Assembly: GCA_010093815.1 (NCBI GenBank)
Contig: ML996577.1
Direction: 5' to 3' (one strand)
Length of the DNA stretch: 64,000 nucleotides
From: Pseudovirgaria hyperparasitica
Taxonomy: Eukaryota
Shown here: one piece after another, positions 1 to 11,730 of the stretch
How the letters are laid out: every line of letters begins with the position of its first letter
Numbering within the stretch: the stretch's first letter is position 1
The notes under the pieces: model-generated
The model's input: only the letters and a program-made list of their open reading frames with translations
Told to the model about the DNA's origin: nothing
The model's database searches: none
Translations under genes and position numbers: made by a program

Positions 1-113
1 TTGTTCCCTGTCGCTTTGATAACACGCGCGATCTTGTGGTCTTCAGCCAGAGAGTCTGGTGGAGACGCGGTGATCTCCGCGGTCTTTTGGAGAAGGTGTT
101 TAGGTCGCGGCAT
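1..113 (-). CDS. 5' end of an eIF1A-domain (S1-like/OB-fold, EIF1AD-type) RNA-binding protein; runs off the window
   Basis: ATG at 113 on the minus strand reads MPRPKHLLQKTAEITASPPDSLAEDHKIARVIKATGN, which resembles the fungal EIF1AD N-terminus (PPD.L....IARV.K..GNN). Not in the ORF track because it is truncated. Confidence 0.75.
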   Translation of the reverse strand, partial: MPRPKHLLQKTAEITASPPDSLAEDHKIARVIKATGN

Positions 114-1255
114 TATGTTATTCAGCTAGTTTGGCTGGTGGTTCTAGGGTCGTTGGTGTATTTTCCAATCTGCGGGCAATTGTAAGGAGAACCAAGTCTT
201 GTACTGGTGTAAAATAGGTACCTAACCGAGAAATTTTATGTATGCCTCAGGCAAAAACGTGCTTCTCTTTATACTGCAAAGCACCATTGTCTTGTATACT
301 CGGTCTCTCTGACCTACGAAACATTCGAAGAGGAGGAAACGTCATAAGCAATGATCAAGGTACCACGTATGTGACTTCTGATTACAATTACCAGAATACA
401 GGGTGATGGTGTCGCGAAGTCTCGTACACGGCTCCTTATCTCAGCCTCTTATGACACATGTTGACCATGGCATACGATCAGTCTCCTCAGCTTTCTGTGC
501 TATCGTCGAATGAGGTAGTATAGGTCTCATCACACTTGCGATACTCAACAAGACTTTCAAGTATCTTCGTCGAGTGCTTACTGTAGCACAGCTCCTGGAC
601 AAGGTTCGCTGGATACTAGATTTCGATGGACCGATCGATGGATGCTCGATCAAACGTATCAGTTCATATGGCAGTAAGACAGCGGGCTTTAGGGCTTTAG
701 GACCGAGACGCATAGTATTGAACGCTATTCTTGAGCAAGGCAGTAAAATGCTGCACATCGAAGACATGTCTACCTCGTATGACAGATGAAAAATGATACC
801 TTATTGCAGAAGTGAAAGCATGCCCTTTTGTAGCCAAGCCATCGCCTCCTGTTAGTGAAGGTATATCATAGTGTTCTATCCTCGTCTTCTCCATTGCAGT
901 AGCCTTAGTGTGTATGGATGAAAGCAGACTTCCACACAGTCCACTCGAGAGATTTTCAAGCCCTAGGTATATACGCGTTCAATTGCTTATAGTGGAGCCT
1001 GGAAGACAATGACAACGTGTGAGCGATGTACAAGGGTGAGGCGTCGTAAATCACAGTATCCATGCTAGCACGTCCACGTCAACAACAAGCTATACCTATT
1101 ACGGCCGGACATCAACAGACGGCCCAGCCTCCGCAATTTCGTAACCCCTACCGAGCACTACTCCACGTCTCCTTCCGTATTGAACCTGCCAAACGCTTCA
1201 ACCAAACCTGCAAACTCGCCCTACCTTATCGCATCTCCCCTCGCGCCTCACCGCC

Positions 1256-2393
1256 ATGTCTCGCCACGGTGGGCACCACAATAAAGGCAATTTCGGCCTC
1301 GAGGCCCTTGGTATCGGGAGTGCAGTGGGCGTCATCGCCGGGACCTACAAGTTCGGCGAATTCCTTCACAATGCGAAGAAGCTCCAAGAAGTGCACCTCG
1401 AAAACCAGGCTTTTGTATCCGTCGCCCAGCGCGCCTCGCTCGACCTGCGCGAGACTGCGCGCCTGCTCGCACATCCCAAAATCAAGCATGCGTTGAGCAC
1501 GAACCCTGAGAAGAGAGCTTGGATTGAAGGCGCAATTAGGGACACGGAAAAGGGCGTCGCATTCTTGGTTAGGCATACGAAGCGCGTGGATAAAGATGTA
1601 CATGGCGGGAGCTGGGGCTTTGGGATACGGAATAGGTTTCGTTGGGTGTTGGATGATCGTGATAAAGCGGTTCATGCAAGAATTGAGCTTGTGACGGCGC
1701 ACCAAACGCTATTGGAGGTGATAGGGTTCTTAGGAAGCCTGGAGCCAATGGCTCGTCATGAAGAGAAAGCAGACAGGCGACAAGTGGATGTCCATGTTGA
1801 ACATGACAGTCGGCGGGAGGTAGATATCGAATATGACAGGCCCCGTGAGGTTGATGTCGACTTCAACGTCAAGAAGGAGTACGAGTATAGAGATGAGAGG
1901 CCACGCTATGAATACGATGTTCACCGGGAGGTCAGAGTCGATCGTCGCGGCGGGCACAAAGACGAGGGTTACGACAGTCATGACGAATCTGATTTCCAAT
2001 TCCTGCGACATGGCCTAGGTCAACCCACCGACGAGAGAAGATATGTTGACGCAGAGGTACCAGAATTTTGACTGCCTTAGATTAATAAGAGCTAATAAGG
2101 AATAGGGCAACATTGTCACCGAGAACGTGGCCCGTAACGTCACCTACCGCAGGGAATATGAAGTCCAGGAAGAACCACGCTATGCCCCTGCTAGCGAGCG
2201 TGTCAGCTACAGAAAACAATATAAAGTTCATGAGGAACCACGCTACACCCCTACAGGTGAACGATACACCTACCGCCGCGACTATGAAGCTCGCCATGAT
2301 GAACCCGAAAGGGTCGAATATCGCAGGCCATATGTTGAGGATGAACCACCAAGAGAACACCGTGGGAAATGGCCGCCACCAAGCAGGTTGTAA
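1256..2393 (+). CDS. Hypothetical protein: N-terminal helical domain plus C-terminal R/E/Y-rich repeats; join(1256..2056,2106..2393)
   Basis: The 271-aa ORF and the 2127..2393 ORF join in frame through intron 2057..2105 (GTACCA...GCTAAT...AATAG). Confidence 0.75.
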
Positions 2394-2592
2394 TAGGGAG
2401 TTGACCATTTCATTACATAGAAGATGCCTGCTTCTTATTTGGAAAACAATATCACAGACGACGAGACGCGTTGAATTAGCACGAATACATCTGAATTCCT
2501 CTTGTCAACGAGCTCTGAAATTTTGTTCCGGCTTCCTTATACTATCAGCCTGTACTCATAAGATCATTCCTTCTTGCTCTGTCTCCGTCGGA

Positions 2593-3221
2593 TTACATCA
2601 ACTTTCTCTCCTTAACCTCCGCGATCATTTCCACCCACATTTCCTTTCCTCCTGGTCCTGGATCCACCCCTTTCGCCTTCTCCTCAATAGTGGCCCAGTT
2701 CTGCTTTATCCAAGCAACATCCTCCCCGGCCGCGGGAATGCTAAATCCCGCTTCTACCCCGCCCACGATATCGCCTAGCATAAAAACCGCATGCAGCTAA
2801 CACTCTTATTAGCACGTCTCCCCCAGATTCCCAATCACTATGCAACACAACTCACCTCCCGCTCCTCCTCCGGCACATGCGCCCCCTTGCCAGTCACCCG
2901 CTCCTCCTCCGTCGAACGCGCTAGATGAGGCGCGATTTCGGTATCCCAGAACTGGCTTATTTCTGCCGCGACGCCATTGAAATCCGCCGCTGTGCGCGAG
3001 CCGCCGTCGCGCACATGTGCGAAGATGTAGTTTGTGCGTCTTGGCTTGCCGCCTACGTATGTGGGTGGCTCGATGGCAGGGTCTTGGTATTCGAACTTGA
3101 CGTTCACGAAGTGGCGCGGGGCTGTGAAGCGCTCCGAGTGCGTGGTGGTGATGTGAGACGCGATGGCGGCGCACTGTGGTTTTGAGAGAGGAGTGGAGTG
3201 GTGGATGATGTAGAATGGCAT
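2593..3221 (-). CDS. Tautomerase superfamily protein (cis-CaaD-like, fungal Tautomerase_3 type); join(2856..3221,2593..2796)
   Basis: Starts M-P (Pro-1 catalytic signature): MPFYIIHHSTPLS...ITTTHSERFTAPRHFVNVKF. Intron 2797..2855 (GTGAGT...GCTAAT...TTAG) joins to LHAVFMLGDIVGGVEAGFSIPAAGED. Confidence 0.8.
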
Positions 3222-3580
3222 CTTGGGGTGGGAGTAGGTTCCAGGTGAGAAAAGGGCAAGGGATGGGTCCAAGGGAATAAAGCGCTGCGATAAAGGTTGA
3301 GAATGAAGATAGGTCCCCGGACATATGGACGGCAGCTTAGACGTATATATAATCTTCGATTAGGCTTTTGACTCTGGAGCTCCCGATCGCATAAACCATC
3401 AGTAATGCTAGTAGCTGTGGGTTATAACCCCGCATCTTGTCTCGAACTAAGCAGTCCTACCGGCAACTCGGTGGACACAGTGCGGTGCGACCCAGTGCAT
3501 CATAAGGGGGGGGGGGCATGCATCATGGGTGTATTTGGCCGTGATTACTATACTTGGGCTATGCCGAGTAACTAATCAAA

Positions 3581-5472
3581 CTACAGTCGCAGGACCGAGC
3601 TCTTGCTCATTATGCCATCGAAAAGACACACATTGTCTACCGGTACGTACTGCTTGGTAACCACTTTGATGACTTCCTGTGCAATAAGACCTCCTGCAAG
3701 AGACGAAATGTTGTGGAGCTCCGAGCCACCGGCACGAACACTATCGTAAGATTAGTAATACTCGACTTTAGTGTATGCTAAGGACTTACAGTTCGCGTAC
3801 GTATTGCTCGATCTTGCCTTTAGCAACGGTTTGTTCTGATGCTGACATAGCTATACCAGACTGTTGTATCAGATCGTCGGTGATGGCATATGCCATACTT
3901 GCCATCATCTCTACGTCGCTCTCTGTATTGTTTTCGCCGGGGACTACCGAGGCACTACCAAGACCACCAGTTGTGTGAGATGATATGAATGAATCATAAG
4001 CAAGAAATGCAATGTACAGGAGTACGAGAGAGTCAGGATCAGTTAGTGATAAAGCCGCGAACTTGGCACGATCTCCCCATGCTGGCATTTGTCCCGGCAT
4101 CATAATATGAAATGGCCGCCCACGCACCAATTTGATGTGAGCTGCCCCTTTGCAAAAGGCTTCGATTTCGCTATCCTCGATTTGTGAAGTTCGACCAAGT
4201 TGCTTCTCGATGGCGCGGACGTTCTCCGTGACTTCACCGATATCATGCCGCGCTTTAGTCTTATATGTGTTCTGGAGCTCGATGTAATCTTTGGACTGTG
4301 CCTTCATATCTGGTACAGAGCCTGGTAGAGGTAGTGCTGAGTGAGTCTTGTGGAAGGTGGATATGGCGTGCGCTATTATCCAGAACGATGCAGACTGGGT
4401 AGTGAGATTCTGGCACTCCGCAGCCTCGAACACCTCCCTAACGCCACTGCCTAGAGATGGTGGGTTTAAAGACTTCAAGACCGCAGCAACAGCCTCGTCG
4501 TAGTTTTCCTCGCCCCCTTCCGGTGTGTTGGTACGTGCTCCCTTGGCGACGGACTCTCTGAACGCAGTCTTGTCTTTATAATTGCCAGGTGCCTGTCCGT
4601 CGTGTTCAGCTTTCCAGAGGTCGAGATAGTGGAGAAGCAGTAGCACATAAGGTACATGCCCATGGTCATGCTCATTCATCTGTTCTAGGCCTGTCGTCTT
4701 TCGTCTCGCCAGATCTAATAGCGAAGGCCATGGGGTAAGTAGGCGAAGGTCTTGTGTTGATAACGGATCAGGATGTGTGTCGACAATGGGAAATGAAGGT
4801 GACAGATGAACGGAAAATTGTGCATAAAAACCTACACAGTGTATGTAGAAGATGGGAGTTCCTGTAGTAGACGCATGTGATGATATTTGAGCAAGGATCT
4901 CGGCTTTTACGGGAGATGTGACCATGATGAGCGTGTATGGCTTCAAAGCTAATTGATTGGAGAGGAACGACTCTATATGCTAGCTGCTCGTCAGCACTCC
5001 TCTGCTACAAGTTGCGTTGGACAAACATCTGTTATGAAGTCCCCTTGGACATCTGGATTCAGTTCCTTGAGCAGATTGCACGTATGCTCTGCTCGATAAC
5101 CGCCCAGATGCTGCTCCTCGAGAAAGAAGTTCACACCCAAATCAGCTTCAGTGATTATGCCGGAGTCGAGAATCGTGAAATGACCAACACCTTGACCAGT
5201 CAACAATGCGTCTGCCAGATGCCTATCCGGAAGGATCACTGACCTGGCAATACTAGATTCTTTAATGTTTCTATTCCAACTACACCAGGGCCAGAGTTTA
5301 TGAGAAGAAGTCGTGATTCTTCGAGAGCAGCCTGACCGCTGGCAGCCCACAGTCGTAGCTGGCGGTCATATCTGCGTTCATCAGCGATAACGAGGCGGCG
5401 AATGCATTTCGGAGCTCACTTCTTCTCCTTGGACGTGGGCCCGTGGAGTATTGGCGGCGTGGGACTTTCCAT
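3581..5472 (-). CDS. ULA1: NEDD8-activating enzyme E1 regulatory subunit (APP-BP1/Ula1), multi-exon
   Basis: Motifs [71 protein letters not shown] and [25 protein letters not shown] at 5472, TAG at 3581. Confidence 0.95.
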
Positions 5473-6128
5473 ATCCTGCGGAATCACCAAGGCCCTAGTT
5501 TCGTGTCGGCCAGGTCGAAGAGAAGATCCGAAGTTACATTCTTGAGAAGACGTAGGCAACGCTCCGACGAACGACCAGAGAACTGCCGGCAGATTCATAC
5601 ACCGACATTTTGACCGCCTTACTTCTGCCTTAGGCCGCCATAGAACATCACGCCCCTCCCTCGCCTGAACAATATCATAATACTGCGGGGCAGCCATCGT
5701 GATCCTGCATGCGCCGGGACACGCCCTGGCGGACAGTTCCAGCGGTGGGAACTATCAACGGTTTCCGACTTTGAGGATCCTTCTCCGCGCGCAATCATTG
5801 TCCGTCAGTTCCGGAGGAGAATCTTCGTTGCAACGGCCTACGTCGCAGTATCACAATTCGTCCTCCCAAGGTTGTTCAGCTCTGAGTCAGTCTATCTCAC
5901 CCGAACGGCCAGTGAGAAAGACCAGGACTTGTCTCACAAGGCCTATAAAAGAGCCCCTCCGCTCCTGTGCCATTAATGCACCTATCGTCAAGTCTGTTCC
6001 TCTGCATATCTTCAACCAAATCAACCGCAAGAGTGACCTTGCACTGCTCCTCCATTCGACCAATTACACTTCATTGTACGTCACGTACATTTCCATCTCA
6101 AGTCTTCGTCCGGACCATCTCGTCCAAA

Positions 6129-7021
6129 ATGGCAGATACAGTCGAACAGGCCAAACGTAAGGCCGCAGAGCAAGCGGTGAAAGAGCACTTCGACCCTGAA
6201 GCAAGATACGTTGGCATCGGAAGCGGAACGACCATACTATACGTGGTGGACGCGATCAAAGCAGCATCCACCAACCAAAATATCAAGTTTGTTCCAACTG
6301 GCTATCAATCAAAGCAAGCTGTTCTCGCCGCTGGACTCACACCAATTGATTTCGACTCGTTGCCTACTAATCAGGTTCTGGACGTGGCATTCGATGGAGC
6401 AGATGAGGTCGACGAGGACTTGAACTGTGTCAAAGGAGGTGGAGCCTGTCTGTTTCAAGAAAAGCTGGTAGCGGAGCGAGCTAAAAAGTTTGTGTGTGTC
6501 GCTGGTACGTATATCATTTTATCTGCTTTCAGAAATATTCGAATTAACCTAATGTTCTTGCAGACTATAGGAAGGATCAGTCACGGCTATTAACAAAGTG
6601 GCCTGCGATCCCGATTGAGGTCGCTCCCCTCGCAAGGTACACTGTCATTGCAGCTCTCAAAGCTCTCGGCAGTTCCAATCCGGTCGTACGGGATGACTAC
6701 ATGGCAAAAGCTGGACCGATTAGGACCGAACAATACTTCTTCATCATCGACGCTCCATTTCCCACTCTATTGACTACAGGTGACGCCGCGAAAGACCCAA
6801 ATGGAGGAGACGGTACTGATGGCAAATGGGAAGTCGGGAAGCTCAGCCGCGCCATCAAGAAAATTACTGGCGTACTAGAAGTCGGCTTATTCTGCGGCAT
6901 GGATGGTGTGGAAGCCACTAGGGCTGGTTTGACCGGCGGACAGAAGCCAGTCGCAGTTTACTTTGGTTTGCAAGATGGAAGTGTCAAGGTCCGAACGACG
7001 AGGAAAGACGAAGCTGCATAG
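6129..7021 (+). CDS. RKI1: Ribose-5-phosphate isomerase A
   Basis: Motifs GIGSGTT, DVAFDGADEVD, KGGGACLFQEK and GVLEVGLF. Intron 6505..6563. Confidence 0.95.
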
Positions 7022-7092
7022 GTAGATCATAATCTCCTCTGATGGCAAGAAACTCCTCGGCAAAAAAGCTTTAATGCTCAAAATGGCTGCGA

Positions 7093-8373
7093 TCAGCTTT
7101 CTAGAGCATCCCTTCCATGATTCGCTTGGACGATAGCCATGAGCTTATCGAAAGCGTTTTCATCCTTCTGTTGCTGATCATCGTCCTGTGGCCTCTCCCA
7201 ATAATCCACAGGCATACTACCATACTTCGTATCCCAGCAATAGTATACCAAATGTTCTTTACTCGTAATATTATCCTGCGGAGTCTTATTTTCATCTGAG
7301 CTCTGCTCAATCACAATTTGGAAGCTTCGCAACTTTTTAGGAGCAGCTTTTGCTATAGCATCCAGAAATTCTGCCCAAGTTGGAGACTCTTCCGTATCAT
7401 ACCCATGCGGCTCACTACCACTGTTGATCAACTTGACTGTTTCTAAAACCTCCGACTGCGCGCATATCAGGTCCCTCAGCTCAGGACACAGCAAGACGTA
7501 CTTCAGGGTCAGATGTCGAAGTTTCGGCATGATGAACGGTTGAACTTTGAACTCTGCAAACCACCTTTCGCTGTTAGACTTTAGCCCCAAAGGTGCCTCG
7601 TTACAGCTCTCAATCTCTAGCGTCTCGATATTTATTAGATGATCGAATAGATATCGTCCATACGCTTCCGTGGTGCTGACCCAGCCAACACACGTATCCA
7701 GATTCCATCCCGCTCCGTTCTCCGCACCACGCAATGTGAATGTGAAACTTTTCAGTCCACTCAGCATTTTCTGGAAAGCAGGCGTATTCCAAGTGGACAC
7801 TAGTTTTGGCACATGTTCGCGAATTTCAAGATGTCGGATCGTATCAAACCCTGCAACGAGCTCATAGGTTCGCGCCATGAGTCTTCGCCATGCATGAATA
7901 CGCTCGTCTTCAATGACTGCAGTGTCGGATTCTACGAGGTCGAAGAGATAGAATGCAGTCCGCATCTCCGCTTCGGTCCAGGTCGGTACCTCGATGATTA
8001 GGCTATCAATACCTGGTAGAAGCGACGTATTGGACAGAACCTGCTCCACAGACTCGGGGATGACGGCGTCGAGTACACTCTGATCGTCCGCGGGGTAGTT
8101 TGACTCCAGATCAACCCATTCTTGGGGGCCGGGCGCGTTGAATTTAAGATGGATGGATTTGATATGCGAGGCATAGGGGCCTTGGATGAAATCGTTTACG
8201 GCCTTCCCACTTTCCTCTGTGTTTTTCAGGGGGACCTTCGCGAATATGAAGGGGACGAGTAGAGACCGTAGGGCTTTACAGGTACTGCTCAAATTGATAT
8301 GATCTTGGAAGGAGAGGAGTTCGACAATCGAGAGCTGCAGCTCGGGAGTGATGGTAACCAGTGTTGGGGGCAT
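7093..8373 (-). CDS. F-box domain protein with LRR/RNI-like C-terminal region, intronless
   Basis: N-terminal LVTITPELQLSIVELLSFQDHINLSSTCKALRSL F-box pattern; repeated L..L.L segments; 426-aa open frame. Confidence 0.8.
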   Translation of the reverse strand: MPPTLVTITPELQLSIVELLSFQDHINLSSTCKALRSLLVPFIFAKVPLKNTEESGKAVNDFIQGPYASHIKSIHLKFNAPGPQEWVDLESNYPADDQSVLDAVIPESVEQVLSNTSLLPGIDSLIIEVPTWTEAEMRTAFYLFDLVESDTAVIEDERIHAWRRLMARTYELVAGFDTIRHLEIREHVPKLVSTWNTPAFQKMLSGLKSFTFTLRGAENGAGWNLDTCVGWVSTTEAYGRYLFDHLINIETLEIESCNEAPLGLKSNSERWFAEFKVQPFIMPKLRHLTLKYVLLCPELRDLICAQSEVLETVKLINSGSEPHGYDTEESPTWAEFLDAIAKAAPKKLRSFQIVIEQSSDENKTPQDNITSKEHLVYYCWDTKYGSMPVDYWERPQDDDQQQKDENAFDKLMAIVQANHGRDALES

Positions 8374-9993
8374 CGTTCTGTGTCAGACTTGTGTTGTCGA
8401 TACATGGCACTGGTATTCTAGTAGTGGGGGGTTGACATCCTTATGCAGAATGAGCTACTCTGGGCCTTGATGGCATAGGCAGCATCTGCAAAGCGCGACG
8501 CGAATTTCAGCCAATGACAGCTACGTATTTGATGGAACTTTGCGTGTAATATTAGTACCGAGGTAAGGCTTAGTCTGTCATGATAAGCGCAGGCAGCAAC
8601 CTGACCACGAGCGAACGCTAAAACGTGAACATCTTCTTGTCGGCACGGCTCATCCTGCAGCAGACATCAAAACAAGATTGTCAGTCACCGCTGAACATTA
8701 TGCCTAGGCGTTCACGAACTAGTTCCTTGTACAGTCAAGGCGCAGACATGAAGTAGAAAGGGGGAGCCGTTTGAAGTCACCCTAACGATACATAGTCTTC
8801 CTCGTTGCATCTAGAATATTCAGAGGAATATCAACGGAGTCTGATCAGAACAGGACGCTACGTAAATATCTCGGAGTCCTCTGGACCTGACGTGAAAATA
8901 TTGGGAGTCTCATATGTTGTTTTAGCCCACAGGAAAACTGTAAAAGCACGGTACCATCAAACATTAGATTCAAAATACGGAAGTCTATTGTCCGGCATGG
9001 GCAACGAGATGCCCAGAAAGCCTCGACGAAGAACCGCTCTGCAAGAGGTAAGCCAGTTTCAATGGAGAGTAGTATTAGAGACAGTATTTCAAGTGGCTGC
9101 TGAAGCTGATGCATTGGGCTGGCATTGTGGCTCAAGCAAGAGGCCCATCAACGAAATTATTGTGAAAACTCCGCTGCAAGCAAAGTCTGGATCATTTTAG
9201 GTCATCACGCGAGACGGAAAGACTGCTCTAATGAGCGCTTGGACTATTACTTGATGCCGGAACTGACTAGAACGCACTGAATCACTTGACTGCTGTCTCT
9301 ATCGCTTGTTCAGATGGTAGTTACCAGTAGCTTTTTCAGACAGGTAATGTGGTCAATGTTCATCGAAACCCGCCAGGATGGCTCCTCATACAGGCATACA
9401 GACAATGCGAAGATAGTCCTATGAACCAACGTGTTTTCAACTGCCATATCTGATTTTGCTGGAGACAAGGTGGTATAGATAAAGTAAATGGGGACCGGAA
9501 AGAGCAATGACGGAAGGAAAAATTGGGACGCAAAGAGTAAAGCCAGCTTGGTACGTACCAGAAAGGAGATATGGTCTCAACCAGACTTCGTATAATCGAA
9601 ACTTCAGTGCTATCTCGCCTCAAAGTTCTTATCCAGCCAACTCAAGACTTTGGAAACCGAGAAAATTCCAAAGACGTCTTCTGAGGATGATTGAAGGCAA
9701 TTGCATACACTTCTTAATTCTCCCACCCAACACTTATGTCTTATTTATGCTCGTGTCAGAGAGGATATCCACATACGTATGACTGCCATTGATCTCATTT
9801 GTATTCATGGAAGAGGCCCCACCATACAGACCCAGCCAACTTCAGAGCATCTTTCACAAATCGGTCTAACATGTAGACCCATGGTCAGGCTCTACTTCGT
9901 TGAGCCACCCTCTGGTTGACCATAGGTGTACCATGAGAGTTACGGCTACTTCGTCAACTATTTTATACCACTTCAATGCCATGGAAGGATAAC

Positions 9994-10609
9994 CTACGCC
10001 ACAATTCCCTGCGCAAGCTGTATCGCCGCCCCAGTAAGCTCTTTCGGTAACTCAGAACGATAGCCGCCGTTGAGATACACTTCCTCGAAATGCAGATCGA
10101 TGATAGCAATGGTGCGAAGCTCGCTTATAGAGAGCGCACTCTCGACTGCCTTTGACGCTGGAACCTTTCGATCGAAGCGGAATGTCATGAACGCCTCCTG
10201 GATCGTGCTGTGGCGACCATATCCAGTCTTGATGATATTGTAACCCACGAAGTCGGACTCGCTGATCCAGCTATCTATGTCGTTTGGTATAAGTATGTAG
10301 ACATTCGCGAGAGCACGATTGGTTACCAAATACGAGTATATAATGTAGGAGTCTGATCAGATAATTGAGTTTATGAATTCTATGCTGATCCGTCCTCAGG
10401 ACATTGTTACTGAGATGGGTCGTTATGGTCGAGATATCTTGCAGGACTTGTTGCCAGCGTGGATCGTGCTTGAGGCGTTGGGAACCGGGTACTCTGTTTA
10501 TGGCGTGAAGGTCTATGGCTGTGAGGATATCTCTGATGAGAGCGAGAATGGTCTTGAGCTGGATGTCTGCTGCGGCGATGGCGCTGAGGTTTGAAGTGTC
10601 AAACTCCAT
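9994..10609 (-). pseudogene. Possible decayed protein-coding relic (two overlapping ORFs in different frames)
   Basis: An ATG at 10609 opens a 112-aa protein-like ORF that overlaps a 111-aa ORF in another frame, with no convincing intron between them. Downstream sequence is rich in stops. Confidence 0.3.
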
Positions 10610-11123
10610 TCTTAAGTTGTTATTTAGATCTAAAGTTGAGGCTCTGCATGTCGGCGGTCTGTCCTATCCTAGTAGTGAAGATGCCCTGGAGTCAGGTAGT
10701 GGCACCCTGTACTCGGTGCCAGGATCACTTTGTATACCAGGCTATGAATGAATAGCATGAAGTTGCAGTCCCCTGCGTCATGGTGCTGATTTATTATTTT
10801 GCTGTTCTACGTAGGACATGTCGCTTATAGTCCAGTCTGACAGGGCGAGATGTATGTTCATCCCTTTCGAGACTTCTGTCCTACAATGAACGCTGCTTGA
10901 GATCGGTAAGCCGCATCAAGTATCCCTCGGAAATATAGTGACCTTATGAAACTATGAGAGTCTCGGCGGTATATGCATGTCATTAATATATCTAAGCTCT
11001 CGAGTGTTCCTTTGAATATCCCTTGAGAATCTAAATGATCTTTACCTAGCCTGTTAACCGTTAGCTTTGTTACTTTAAACATCACCTAAATCAGAAATGT
11101 AGTATACATACTTCACTCCTGCT

Positions 11124-11730
11124 CTACCGCCCATCTCTAAGCAATGGCTCCCTCTCACTACAATCTCCATCCCTATTCCTCTCCAAATCCTGTCCCCTGT
11201 GCACCCACGCGTGTACTACCATTGGATAAAACACAACTCTATTCCGTCCGTCAGCCTCTACAACATCATCTCACCCCTTCCCATCGCACCCACGCATACA
11301 CTCACAGCAAGAACACCGCACTTCCCCCTGTTGTAACCACCCTTCGATACCACACGTCCCCATAATTCGCGTCCCGCGCCACACACGCATCTGTACATAA
11401 CCACACCCATACCGCCGTCGCTGCCACGCTCTTGATGAGTTCTAAGTACAGCCCGGCATGGTCTCCGCCCATATACTCGCTATGAGCACCACCATGCCCG
11501 TGCAAGCTCGCCCTCCTCTGCACAAGCACAATACCCACGATCAGCCCCGCCATCAGCGTCACAAAGAGCGCTCGCGTTGCATCTTCGATGGGGATGTAAT
11601 AGTTCCAGAACACAGCGCTTAGCACCGTGAAGCCCTGAGTCAAAAACACAGGGGTAGCGAGCAGAGCTTGGAAAAGTGTTGTTGTATGGGCAATATGTGT
11701 CGTGAGGGAGGGGGGTGTGGTGGGCATCAT
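11124..11730 (-). CDS. Small multi-pass membrane protein of unknown function; join(11306..11730,11124..11238)
   Basis: About four hydrophobic segments. Intron 11239..11305 (GTGAGT...GCTGAC...ATAG) restores the frame to ...VVFYPMVVHAW...EREPLLRDGR*, which contains an acidic-dileucine-like motif. Confidence 0.7.

Noticed and set aside
441..894. Short ORFs between the first two genes
   Set aside because: No recognisable motif or supported exon structure.
3581..8373. Functional link between ULA1 (neddylation) and the nearby F-box gene
   Set aside because: F-box genes are numerous in these genomes and RKI1 lies between them; probably coincidence.
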